NCBI GenBank assembly: GCA_051941275.1
Contig: JAVEBF010000059.1
Location: 1-36,899 of the forward strand
Origin: Dirinaria sp. TL-2023a
Lineage: Eukaryota
Reading direction: 5' to 3'
Length of the DNA: 36,899 nucleotides
Shown here one piece after another: positions 25,002 through 36,851 of this stretch (position 1 is its first letter; the number at the start of each line of letters is the position of its first letter). The translations under genes were made by a program, and so were the position numbers. A model generated the notes under the pieces. The model worked only from the letters and a program-made list of their open reading frames with translations. It ran no database searches and had not been told where the DNA came from.

Positions 25002-26619
25002 TATCGCATCGGTCAAGCCAGTGAAAAAGGCCAAGCCCAGGGTCCCTTGGGTCCCTCCACTCAGCCACGATGAGATGAGCACAGTATATATGTACAATAG
25101 TAGCACACATCGCCCTGCGGTCTCTTCCCACCAAACAGAGCTTGTGCCGTGCATGTACCTTGCCTAAGCTGATCTTCTGTACGTACATGAATTTACGGCT
25201 TTCGTCACACAGGAAAGTCCCATGGGCAATCTTCCCTGCCATGATAAAGCCATGTACGGTGCGCAGTATGGTAGGTACAGTAGGTTAGGTAGCCTCAGGT
25301 AGCTACTTGACCTTACTGGGGTCAAAGCAGGCGGGATGCGGAACCGGCCAAATCGGAGGCGCCCACACACAGAGAGAGCTGCTCGCTAGGGCATCTCCGT
25401 CACTTTCTGCTGCAAAGGAATCTAGCATCTGTGCGCCAAAAGAGATTGAGTGGCCGGGCCTCGATTACTCGATTCAGCCACAGGCGAGGGAGGGAGTGTG
25501 TGAGCCTGAGAGGGCTGGTGAGTGGGTGACTCGTGAGGGAAAGTGAAGGACACGGGCGGTCGATCATGATTTGGTGTTGGAGACGATGGTTGGCTCAGAG
25601 CTTCTGACCCGGTTGGCTTGAAAGTTGGTTGGTGGAAGACAGGGGTCTCCCCCCCCTCAGGGTGTGGGTGACTGAGGTCAAGGTGTGGATTATTAAAGGT
25701 AAGTACTGTAAGTACGGAGTAAGGTACAGGTACGGAGGTAACCCCGGGGGTAGGTACTCCGTCAAATAAGGTAGTCGCTGCCGCGCTCTTTATGACTAAG
25801 GTACTGGAGATACTTTACCTGAAGGAACAGGGAAACAGCGACCAGCTAATCCGAAGTAGGACTAGAGGAGCCAAGAAGATCTCTAGTAGCCAATTAATAA
25901 TACGGAGAGGGACAGGCTCACAGTCACAGGGAGACAGGTTTTAGCAGCCAAGTATGTAATGCAGTCCTGTAACTCCCCAGTCCCCGACTCCCCGTACCTT
26001 TAACCCACACCGTAGCCAGCCACCTTCGCCCACTGCATGCGCCACTCTTCATTCACCTTCCAACCCTCTCTTTCCAATAATCTGTATCGGCGTACCCGAT
26101 ATTCGCTACCACATCTACCATCCCCTCCCTATCCCCCCCCCCAAACTTCGTCATATCTGGGCACTTTGCGCTATCATCTTCGTCGCCGTCGCATCACATT
26201 TAACCTTCCTCCGCTACATCTCTTTCATTCACGAATCTCGTCGACGTGGCCGTCATTGCACCCTTTGCTCCTCTCAGCTCGCCCGCCCAATTGAGGCTGA
26301 CCAAAAGAAAATCCTCAAACCCACAGTCGCAATATCCTCCAACCTCTGCGACTCCCAAATTCGATACTTTTGACCTTCTCTCCCGCCGTGACGCATAGCA
26401 TTCACACTCTTGGTGTTGTTATCCTGCCCACGTTCACCCAAGCAGAACACCAACTTTCCACTTGCCCTTCGCTGGGCCATGCGTCCCCTCACCACCTTGA
26501 AGAGCAGTTAGCCTCATCAAGCTATTTGTGCGTAATCGATGTGGTCATACTATAATCGGAAGGACGAATATACACAGGCAGAGGGCAGAGTGGAGTTTTG
26601 GGTCGAGCGGCTTGTGCAG

Positions 26620-26887
26620 GTCAGTGTTCACATTCACACTTAGGCGCGTCCGACATTGCGCGGCGTATGATTTGCAGCGGCCACTCTAGCGTCCGAGGCG
26701 TCTCTCCAGATCAGCTTGATCGCCGTGTGATGCAGACCTTACCCCAGCCTGCAGTCTAAGAAATCAGAGGTCCTTACCTTACCAAAAAGATCTTTCTCGA
26801 AAATCGCTTAAGTTAAGCTGCTAGATATGAGAGCGCCTTTCACGCGTCATCAGAGCAGAAGAAGCTGACTTGCCGTCTTTGGACTAG
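26620..26887 (+). other. Putative 268-nt intron in the 5' leader of the C2H2 transcription factor gene
   Basis: Donor CAG|GTCAGT, branch point GCTGAC at ~26864, acceptor GACTAG| ending 58 nt before the ATG. Confidence 0.65.
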
Positions 26888-26912
26888 AATCACTATACCT
26901 TAATACTCACAA

Positions 26913-26945
26913 ATGGGCTCCGGGACCCATCAGATACGCGTGTAA
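26913..26945 (+). promoter_or_regulatory. uORF MGSGTHQIRV* abutting the main start codon
   Basis: acaaATG GGC TCC GGG ACC CAT CAG ATA CGC GTG TAA is followed directly by the ATG at 26946, in the same frame. Confidence 0.7.
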
Positions 26946-28919
26946 ATGGCGGAGAATACTGCGCCACCTAGTACAGCAGGCAAAAGAAGCCCCGTTCCTG
27001 ATATTCCTCGCTCCCCCTCAGCAACCACGTCCGGCAGTCATCAGAAGGTGGATACATTCCTCAAACCTCAGAGCCCACGTAAGCGCCGACGCTCCCCTGA
27101 AAGTCCTATCCAGTCGTCAACACACCCGAGCCCTTCGATCCCGATATCTCCCAAATCCGCGCAGTCTCCAGGGTTTACAGCGAAACCACTCACAGGGGCT
27201 GCTGCTTTGATTGATTTGAAAAGGCAACGAGAAGAGCAACAGACGCATTTAGGTCGGCAGACGAGCCCTAACCCCGCCAACGAAACCATCGGTACCTTGC
27301 TTGGGAAGGACAGAAATAATATTAGCAGGATGCAAGATGCGCCCAGCTATACGATGGCGACGAGCGGAGCCGCCGCTCCTGTGGCACAGATGACTACGAA
27401 GCCCGACGTCACGCAGACCGATCAGACGGCGCAAGCAAGTCCAACGACCAGTACAGCCAGTATGGGTACATCTGCAGGTACAACTGCTGGCCCGCAGAGT
27501 ACCAATGGCATGCCCGTAGCTAGTCCGGGCGAGATAGACCAAGGTGGCAATAGCGACGAGCGCAGCGATGGGGGAACAGGGGGTGATACTGGAGGAGAAA
27601 ACGAACCAGGTCATTCAAACAAAGCGCTCACGTTTCCGGGGCCTCTGTTGAGCGCGCCACTAGCCGATGGAAGACGAGGCATGAGTCTGCCAGGATCTGG
27701 TTTGGGCAGAGATAACCAACGATCTCAGTCCGCTAAGAAGCACAAGTGTCCCTACTGTTCAACGGAGTTCACACGGCATCATAATCTCAAGAGCCATCTT
27801 CTGACCCACAGCCACGAGAAGCCTTATTACTGTGAGGCATGTGAGGCAAGGTTCCGGCGGCTGCACGATCTCAAGCGCCATACCAAGCTACACACAGGCG
27901 AGAGGCCTCACGTATGCCCGAAATGTGACCGCAGCTTTGCCCGTGGTGATGCTTTAGCACGGCATAACAAGGGACAAGGTGGGTGTGCTGGGAGGAGGTC
28001 GAGTATGGGAAGTTTTGTTGGCGATGGAAATCCCGAGCGCGGAGACTCCCAGGGGCAGGATGACAGCATGCATGGCTTGATGTACACCGGTCAGGCCTCG
28101 CACGAGCCGGAAGGCATGGATGAGGATGTTTCTGGGCCAGAGAACTCGGGGAGAAGCCTGCCCAGCATCAGACGACACGATGCTCCGCCTGATCAACATC
28201 GTCAGACAGGCTCTGATAACAGTGCTTATCACGCACGTCAACCAAGTACATATCCTCCGGTTGCCGTACGTCAGCCAGGGTCTGGAAGCCTGTATCCGCC
28301 AAGTGGTGGTATGGGACCTGGCTCGAGTGCCTCAAATTCACCTGGCGGGCAGGCTTCGCCGACCCAGTATCAACATGGAGGGGGCGGTCCCTCTGGGGGA
28401 TTCCCGCCGTCAGGTCCGAATGTCTTCGCGCAAGGTGGTATGACAGAGAGTCCAAAGCCACTGTCACCCGGGGGAACCGCATCTCACCAGCTCGGGCATG
28501 CAGACTCGGGCATACATCGAAATCGGTCACCCAGTCTCACCCAACAGTTCCAACAGCAACAATTTGGCCGACGGCCGAGTACCCTCAATAGCTCGCCTCA
28601 GACTGGGCTGCCGCCACCTCATCTACCGTCGTTGCCAGGTTTGACGGCCCCGGAACCTCGGTTCACGTTGCATAGCCAAGCTGCTGGGCCTTCAGGAGGA
28701 CAATCTTCTCCGGGGTATGCCTCACAGCCGGGCTCCCACACCAACAGCCTGTCCAGCCATGGAACGGGTGCTCATGGCGGCAGTGGCGACGGAACCTCCA
28801 ACGCACACGCTCAAAACACCGAACGACTCTGGGCTTATGTTCGGAGCCTGGAGATGAAAATCGATCGGCTCAATGATGAGGTGGGCACCCTGAAGGGGCA
28901 GCTCAGCAATCGCCAGTGA
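26946..28919 (+). CDS. C2H2 zinc-finger transcription factor (Crz1/Prz1-related fingers, but not the CrzA orthologue), 657 aa
   Basis: CPYC..FTRHHNLKSHLLTH-SHEKPY-CEAC..FRRLHDLKRHTKLH-TGERPH-CPKC..FARGDALARH..C, plus a C-terminal coiled coil LWAYVRSLEMKIDRLNDEVGTLKGQL. Confidence 0.93.
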   Translation: MAENTAPPSTAGKRSPVPDIPRSPSATTSGSHQKVDTFLKPQSPRKRRRSPESPIQSSTHPSPSIPISPKSAQSPGFTAKPLTGAAALIDLKRQREEQQTHLGRQTSPNPANETIGTLLGKDRNNISRMQDAPSYTMATSGAAAPVAQMTTKPDVTQTDQTAQASPTTSTASMGTSAGTTAGPQSTNGMPVASPGEIDQGGNSDERSDGGTGGDTGGENEPGHSNKALTFPGPLLSAPLADGRRGMSLPGSGLGRDNQRSQSAKKHKCPYCSTEFTRHHNLKSHLLTHSHEKPYYCEACEARFRRLHDLKRHTKLHTGERPHVCPKCDRSFARGDALARHNKGQGGCAGRRSSMGSFVGDGNPERGDSQGQDDSMHGLMYTGQASHEPEGMDEDVSGPENSGRSLPSIRRHDAPPDQHRQTGSDNSAYHARQPSTYPPVAVRQPGSGSLYPPSGGMGPGSSASNSPGGQASPTQYQHGGGGPSGGFPPSGPNVFAQGGMTESPKPLSPGGTASHQLGHADSGIHRNRSPSLTQQFQQQQFGRRPSTLNSSPQTGLPPPHLPSLPGLTAPEPRFTLHSQAAGPSGGQSSPGYASQPGSHTNSLSSHGTGAHGGSGDGTSNAHAQNTERLWAYVRSLEMKIDRLNDEVGTLKGQLSNRQ

Positions 28920-31330
28920 ACGCTTGTCTTATGCATCTCCGATTCTGCGTTGTCTCCAACTTAGCGGCATGAGCGAGGGAGTCTTTGCAAGTTTATGGAG
29001 CCCAGTACACGATAGCGGCTTCCACCGGCGGTAAACAACGGATTGGATGCTCGAAGGAGGCGAAACTGGTCGAGCATTGGGTCGGTAAGATATCAAGATG
29101 ACTCGCACAGAAGTGGAGTCATCGACGGAGCATCTACAACATCTAGCAAGCATTTTTACACATTTGTAGTATTTTTCTTTCGTGATGTCCGCAACTGAAA
29201 GGGGGAATATTTCAGCCGTATGCAGTGGTCTGAACAGGTTCGCATGGGCGCTCACGCGACATTCAACTCTGCACAATTTTCCCTCTGGTACTATAACTTG
29301 CTGGCACGTGTACAATATGTTCTTTTTTTCCGAAAGGCACAGCTTTGTGGTCAGATGTGCAACACTCAGCGCATTGGCTCATCTAGCTCATCAGAAAAAA
29401 ATTCCATACTATAGTGGTCAGCTTGAGTGAGAGTGGTTGCTTTTGTGTAGCTTGCGGGCCGAATCGCTTTGTCTTTGGCCTGCTTATTAGAGCAGTGAAG
29501 TTTCAACGGGCTTAATTCCAGGTTTTTTTTTTTAATCAATCGGTCCACCCCTACCTGATAGATATGGGCAGCCTCATGTCGCCAGGGCATGTCAGCTTGC
29601 TATAGAAATCGCGGACTGGCATAATCAACAGCCGAAGACGCACTGTGGCCTACCTTAAGCAACACGGTAAACTATCCGACTTTGGCGCCTAAGGATCAAC
29701 CTCGGGGCCACGATACTGTCGTTGGTTTCAGACTTACAAGCCTCTTCTGTGGGGTAGCTCCCGTGGTCGGTCATTCAATTGGCTTTTGTGGCTGATCGAT
29801 CAGGCGCAGTGCTATGACAACGAACAGCAAGCGAAACCAGTTTTGCAAAGGGACGATGCTTCAGCACTCTGCTACACGCTCAGCCCAGACCACGAAGAGC
29901 ATAGATACGCGGCCTCTATCCGCAAGAGAACCTGTTCGTGTAGGAATTACGCAGTGACCTGCCGCTTCCTTCTAAGCCTCTATAGTTTCCTTACTCACGT
30001 TTCACCGATTTCTCGAAACCACATCAACTTGTTAACAAACAATCAATGGGAACTCGCTTGCCTCGCCATGCCGTGTTGCTGGTCTGTTTCGGGCTCTGTT
30101 GAATGTGACTAAAATCTACGCATTTTCTATGGGATCAAGAGGGCAGTGACATGTTGGAGCCATGATTCGGAACTGCGGCCCTTGAGAACCTCGAATCAAT
30201 ACGCCCTTTACAGAAGACCGGGCGAAGCAGTTACTGCTATCCATCTGCCCTGTTTTGGAAGAGCAGAAAAGGCTACGCATGGGGAAACTGAAGGCAACTC
30301 CCTCCCATTGGCCGCTGTTTTCTTCCACTACTCTCTCGCCACTCCTCTGGAATGCCTGTGCAAGTTGAAGAAAGATTCTCGCTAATCGAGTGGATATGGT
30401 TGACGATTTGTGAGAGTGAAAGAAACCACGAGGGTGACTACCCATCGCAGCGCCTCAGCAAGGGACAGGCATTGGTGCTAGGAGAAGGTGAAGATACTTG
30501 AGACTAGCCTGAGAAAATGCGTTAGTTGAGAGAGAGAACGCCTCCAGCCATCGGACGGGACGGCACTGGAATCATGAAGGTAGGTTGAAACGAGGAGCAA
30601 GTGAACATTCACCAACGCCAGTCGATCCGGCAACCGGCTTTAAGGCTTCGTTAGAAAGGCTGTGTTACCGCGGCGATAACTGTAGGAAGCGATGTTAGAG
30701 CCATGTTGTCGCACTGGGGATTACGAGAGCTTAGTAATGCTGCGAAACTCCACGCGGACGCTAAGGGACGATATCGAACATGTCTGATACCGTGATACGT
30801 AAGCCGGTGGTCTTTGCTGGAACCACAGCTCCGTGCAAGCACCCCACAGGATCGCGTTTGGTACTTGGCTGAAACCTCCTGAGCCACCAGGATCTCGAAC
30901 TGCAGAGTAAAATGTGGTACTTAAGCGCCGGGACGGATCGAAGGTTTTGTTTTTTGTTTTTGCTCCCAGGAGAGGACGAAACACGACCACACTCAAAGCC
31001 CTCTCTGTTCTCTTTGATATTGAGGATACTGATCCTTCATCAGCAAGACCAAGCCACGCCGTAAGGACACATTCCACTGCTACCTCGGGCTTGAAAATTT
31101 TCAATGGTCCGATGCAAGGTCCAAATCCGCATTGTTGCCTACCAGCCTAGATGTGTGGTTAGAAATCAATTCGAGTACGTGTAGTGACCGTTTCTGAGTC
31201 ATCTTGATCACATGTATGTTTCGGAACCGGAAACAAAGCTTCCCCATTTCGAAGAAGGCCCTCGGCCGGAGTGGAGGTCAGGAGGAAGTAAGGTACTGTA
31301 AGGTACGGTACCTTAAGGTATGTACCTTGA

Positions 31331-31373
31331 CTTGGCTCGGCTCGGCTTGGCTTGGCTCGGCTTGGCTTGGCTT
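31331..31373. repeat. Pentamer microsatellite (CTYGG)x8
   Basis: CTTGG CTCGG CTCGG CTTGG CTTGG CTCGG CTTGG CTTGG CTT. Confidence 0.9.
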
Positions 31374-32402
31374 ATGTCGTCAGTCAAGGTCGGGTATGCC
31401 TTGCTGTAGAAGAACGGTAGCGTAACCTTACCATGCACCAGGGATTTAGGCGGGGAGGGAGGGAGGGGGGCTCGGTGCTTCTATTCCCGATTTGATCCAA
31501 TGAGAAGCGCTGGTCAGAAACAAAACCAGGGTTGACCTGGGCTTTGCCGCGCCGTGCCGCCATGCGAACGATGTCAAGCTCGCCAAAGCCTTCCCGCCAA
31601 TTGCCCTGCACAGATCATCGTCTAGCCGCTTCGGGCTCGTCTAACTTCCATGTATCCTTTACCTGACCTCCTCGACACTCTTTCGGTCTTTCCCCATCCC
31701 CAGTCATCCACCACAATCCCGCTTCAAATCTCCCTTAGGGTTCTCACGCCCGCGTCTTTGTCAGTGTTCGCTGGCTATCAATCTTTACGCTCAGCCTCGT
31801 AATTGCTAGCAATTGCTGTTCCTTCCTGCTGCCGCGGCTGATGCCCTTTCACACCGGCCCGCGTCGCGGCTCAGGACCACCGGTCGACCGGATCAGGTCC
31901 AATGACCAGAACCTTATGCGGATTGACTCAGGACCATAGCTGTGCATAGGCCAATGGTTCGCCGGACGAGAGTCATCGCTGATAGTTTAGCTCGACATGG
32001 CAAAAGGTTCAAGGAGATCGTCCGGCTCCTTTTACGGAAGGATGGCCGCTCCTGGCACTGGCTTGGGTATTCCACGCCGTCGAGTCTAGTGAGCTGAGTT
32101 GGCAACTCTCCAATAGGGACCTCAGTCAGTATGAGAAGCTCCCGGGAGAAGTTCAGGATTGACAGGTACGCTGCAATTCCCGCGATACGCGTGCTCTCAC
32201 TGGCGTCTGTCCACAAGCGCCATACGGGGGCTGAGATGTTCTTACTTCATGGTGTCATCTTTGGTTAGGTGAGGCTCCCTTCCCAAGACTTAGAGAGAAT
32301 GAATATATATATCTCCCTACAAGAAGGACAGCCCGAATCATTCATTGCTTCCAGTAGATATAGAGCTCTGCGTTATCCCACGAGAAAGATTTTGTGTTCC
32401 CA

Positions 32403-33885
32403 ATGTCGAATCCCTTGTTGCGTCTTGAAAGATTAGGTATCAACGATATGCCGGAGACTCGTTCCCAGAGACAACGAGCACAGCAGGGAGCCGGAAGGGC
32501 TGTCTCTGGTCGTGGTCGTGGCCGAGGAAGGGGAACCGCTCCACCTCCGCCAGCAGCATCTCCTATCCGGGGGCAGTCCAGTACTTGGTATGATGCACGC
32601 AACCTTTCTCCTACCTCTACCGCACGTATGGCCCAAGGCATAGCGACGGATTTCTGGGTCGATGAACTGCGAAGCCATCCCGTGGGCCACCCTACCTACT
32701 TCGCGTTCCAGCTAAAGAAACCCGTGAGTGTACGAATCCATGATCCCGAAGAGGGCCCAAACCGCGTGGAATGTTCATGTGGTGATAATTCGACTTGCTG
32801 CGTTCATATCTACGTGAGTATCACGAGTCCCTGAGAAAAATCGGCCATACTAATTAGTTTAGTGGCTATTCGATGCTCTCAAAGCTGTGTTGACAAATCA
32901 GCGATCCCCGACCGTCCGTGCTGTATCCCAAGCGGATATAATCGCAGAGATCTGCAGTCTCTACGACTCCATCGGGGACCGCATGAGCGAACTGCCGGAC
33001 CGAATCAATGCTCTTCGCGGTTCCGAATCAGATAGCGACGATGACGAGCCTAGCGAAGCTATGACTTCTCGGCAGCTGGCGCTCGCAGATATACTATCCA
33101 TATTCGATCCGGCAGCGCTTCCACATGAATACGGGCGCGAAATATCTGCTGCTATGGCCAGGACGCCTGCCGATCAATTGCTTGTGGAGGGAAGTCTTGG
33201 CGCAACCATCTACAGAATGGCTGTTCGAGATGATGCATTCTACAAATACCTTATTCGAGTCGCCGACGCTGACACGTGCGCACAACACTACTTTTCAAAG
33301 CAGCTGAGGAGGGCCCAACGCGCAATGATGGAGTTGGATCGTTATAGCGCTACCGGACCTTCAGACGACGTCCAAATTCAAGACATGGACGTAGGGCAGT
33401 GCGCTCGTGATCTGCGGCGAATCGTCTCTGAGATCTGCGAGGAACGCGAAGCGAGACTATCCAAGGGACCACTCAGCGCTAATACGAGAAAGAGGATCGC
33501 AGAATCTCTTGTCAGGATCCTTGATGGCGTCCTCAACCGGAATAGGGAAATCTACGGCGACAATCTGTACACTTCCCTCATCAGCGAACCGCCTCGTCCT
33601 GTGACCGATCAAGAACAGCGTGACTTTGTGATTGATGATCTTCGAACTTTCCCTTCAACTGAATGGATTCACCTGACCGAGGTTCTTGAGCGCATCGCTG
33701 GGCGGGTCCAACGTAATGCATTACATGACCACCACCCATCAATGCAATACGCGGAGAAAATCGAAGAGATGATCCACGACGCCGACGACTCGTTCGAGCG
33801 AGAGGCAAGCTTCTCGCCGGTACGACAGCCACGGCGACCTACTCTGGGCGAGGAGCGCGAAAGCCAGAGACCTCGTATTAGTTGA
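32403..33885 (+). CDS. SWIM-type zinc-finger domain protein, 2 exons, ~477 aa
   Basis: Exons 32403-32813 and 32863-33885 (GTGAGT..CTAAT..TTTAG). Splicing gives FAFQL..VRI..VECSC-GDNST-CCVHIY|WLFD, a CxC-xn-CxH SWIM signature; RGRGRGRG in the N-terminus. Confidence 0.82.
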
Positions 33886-34476
33886 TCTCTTGCTCCCATC
33901 ACGCAGCAGGAGAAGGGTTTGATGGCAGAGTTGACCTCTAACAAAACCCGAATTGCGTAGAGCCTGGTTGCTACCTCAAGAAAAATCTTGCGTTTGAGCC
34001 TTTTTGCTTTTTGGTTGTGTGGTTAGCGAAGTCACTTGCCTGTTTTTCCTTTTGTTTTTCTTCCTGTCTTTCTGCTAAGATTCCCATGGTGGTTGTCCTT
34101 AACCTGGCTTTAGAATTTCCTTGTCGTTGCTCCATTTTTGCTTTTCATAGTCGTTCTCATCTTAGTGGCGGGTTTTCAGGACGTTTTGGGAACATCACAT
34201 ATGGGCTGGACCCATCATGTAATGGTGTTACTATATGACACTCCTTGGACCAATATGGTCGTAACTTAGTATGAGGTCTTCTAACATCATCACTGGCCGT
34301 GCGTGATCGAGGTGGGACTGTGCTTCCAATAATTGCCTTGTATGAGCCTGATTCGTCAGGAATATATTTGGCATGAACTGAGGGGTACTTTTAGTTGGCA
34401 GACTTGATCGTTTATACGCTATAATAGAACAAATAGTAAGGTCTCTGCTACACCAAGTAGCCTGTGTACCGAGATT

Positions 34477-36048
34477 TCACTGAAGATCAATCACTACACG
34501 GCCCTGCAAGGTCTGCTGCTCCATCTCTTTGAAAACCTACAAGGAAAGCAATAATTAGCAGGCACAGCATCCAGCAGTCATGCCAAAGTCATCCAAACAA
34601 AGGATAACTCACCTCGGTCAACTTGTCCATTTTCTCAATCCGATAGCGTGTTTTCACGATCCCCCTCGCCGCAAAATCCATGCACTCAATAGCATCCCTT
34701 CGATTGCCGACCGCGACCCCGGTAATAGTCGCCTGCTTGAAGACCACCGCCTGAGGATAACTCTTCGCTATTGGCTGTGGCTCTCCCTCAGGCATACCAA
34801 CACACACGACGGTGCCGCCGAACCTCAAGAAATCCAGCGCCTGCGCATACGCCTTGTTGCTCGCCGTGCACACGATCACAGCGCTCGCGCCCAAGCCGCC
34901 GGCCGTCTTGACGACTTCCTCGGCGATGCTCTTGTCATCATGCTTGGTGATGTCGATGAAGCACTCGGCGCCGCAGTCCTTGACCAGCTGCTCTTTGGAG
35001 CCGTGGTCGATGCCGATCACGCGCATCGCCATCCCCTTGCTGGCCAGCTGGGTCGCGATATGGCCGAGCCCACCTCCCGCTCCGGCAATGACGACCCATT
35101 GCCCAGATTTGGCGCCAGATTTGCGCAGGGCCGAGTAGGTGGTTACGCCGGCGCAGAGCATGGGCTAAAGATAAATGCATATCAATCAATGTGAGGACTT
35201 CAGAACGCGATCAGATAGGGTAAACTTACCGCCGCATCTGCCGACTCGAGGCTGTCGGGGATTTGCGTGACATAGCTATAATCGACCTCAGTTCTGGTTG
35301 CCTCTCTTTCTCTTTTTTCTTTACTTTTTTTTTTGTTTTCCTCTTAACGAGATCCACTTTTTTCGCTCGGAAAAAGTGCGGCACACTTACTTCGCAGGCG
35401 CAAGGCAGTATTGCTGGAACGTTCCAGGCGTATAATACCCGCTCACCTTGACCTTGTGACACAGCGCATCCGCCTCCTCGAGACAGGGTGCTGTTATACA
35501 TGACCCATTAGGTCAGCGTCCCGGTCTCATCCCTCGGATCCAGGAAACCCCAAAAACAGAGAGTCAGTCAGAAGCAAGGAAGATTCGATACTCACGACAA
35601 CTCCCACAAGTACCCGATACCCATTTTATCCCCACCCGGTCGCCAACTTTGATACTCGAGTTCTCAGCGCCAGGACCCAACTTCACCACCTTCCCCACGC
35701 CCTCATGGCCGCCGATTTGGCCCGAGGGCGTCGGTGCAGGGAGGGATGCCCACTAATTATATAAAAGCCCCCTTAATAAAAAACCCATAAAAAGCTCTTC
35801 CCATCGAAACAAACTCAATAAAAATAAAGGAGGGGAAAGTAATCAGCAAAAGTACATACGTTGTTGAGCATGATCCCCATGTCAGAATGACAGACTCCTG
35901 AATGGGTGAGGCGGATCAACAATTCCCCGGCGCCGGGGGTCGGGGTTTCGAGGGTCTCGATCGAGGTGGAGATGCTACCGGGCGAGTTGTAGACGCAGGC
36001 ACGGTGGTGAGTGGGGATTTCTGGGACGGTGATGGTGGCGGTGGCCAT
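34477..36048 (-). CDS. alcB: Zinc-dependent NAD+ alcohol dehydrogenase, ADH II (AlcB)-like, 6 exons, 367 aa
   Basis: Exons 36048-35860, 35752-35596, 35490-35391, 35275-35230, 35164-34613, 34536-34477 total 1104 nt. Motifs: [78 protein letters not shown]. Closely resembles A. nidulans AlcB as I recall it. Confidence 0.92.
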
Positions 36049-36816
36049 CTTCAATATTTCGAGATTTTCTTTTGCTGTTTTTCTTTTGCTCTTCTTTTCT
36101 CTGAAGAATAGATTGGATTGGACTTTTTTCTTTTCTTTCTTTCTTTTCCTCCTGTTTTCCCTTCTCTTGATGGAGAGATTCTTCTTCTTTCTTTTTGGAC
36201 ACTACTGGATCAGGATGAAGCTGGGAGAAAGTAGTATGTACGTTGAGATTAAAGTAAGTAATGTACATAAGTAAGGTAGAGGTTTTGATAGCCCGATGGA
36301 GAGAATAGATAATTGCGGGGAAAGATCGCTCTCGCTAATGTACATCTGTGCATCATCGCATGCGGCTTGTTGCTGCAGCCAATTACCTACCTATGTAGAT
36401 AAGGTAGCTCGAAACGGGAAACCCGGGAAGGACCGAATCCTCGATCCTGTGGAGTAAAAAGGTCGTACCTTGGCAGAACGAGTGGGGTTCAAGTTCAACG
36501 GTGCTCATTATTGCCTTGCGCTAATTCCACAACCTCGGTAGCAATGGACAATCAGATACGAAAGTATAGTTAGGGCAAGTAAGCCTCACTCTTATGTATG
36601 TGTATGTGCATAAAGTAAAGCAAGAGTCTCGCGCATATTATATACTGTACTTCAAAGGGTAGGGGGAATACGGTAGTCTGTAACTCCGGCTCCTCCTGTG
36701 GGGAAAAAAAAGGGAGCGAGTCAAGGACAAATCCTACAGAACCCACCAAAAGGGGCAGAAAAGAAATAAAATTTTGAAATGAGAAGACAGACAGATCATC
36801 GGCGTGGCTGTACCCT

Positions 36817-36821
<5 letters not shown>

Positions 36822-36851
<30 letters not shown>

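Noticed and set aside
32220..32280. GGGGCTGAGA resembling the start of a TPP riboswitch
   Set aside because: The downstream conserved CCTGA..GATAA..GCG elements are missing and the gene is unrelated to thiamine.
34400..34612. Cryptic peroxisomal isoform of ADH by readthrough or intron retention
   Set aside because: Stop context is TGA-AAT, not TGA-CTA, and retaining the last intron ends in -PLFG, which is not a PTS1.
34580..35194. 204-aa plus-strand ATG ORF
   Set aside because: Antisense to ADH exon 5; explained by codon bias on the coding strand.
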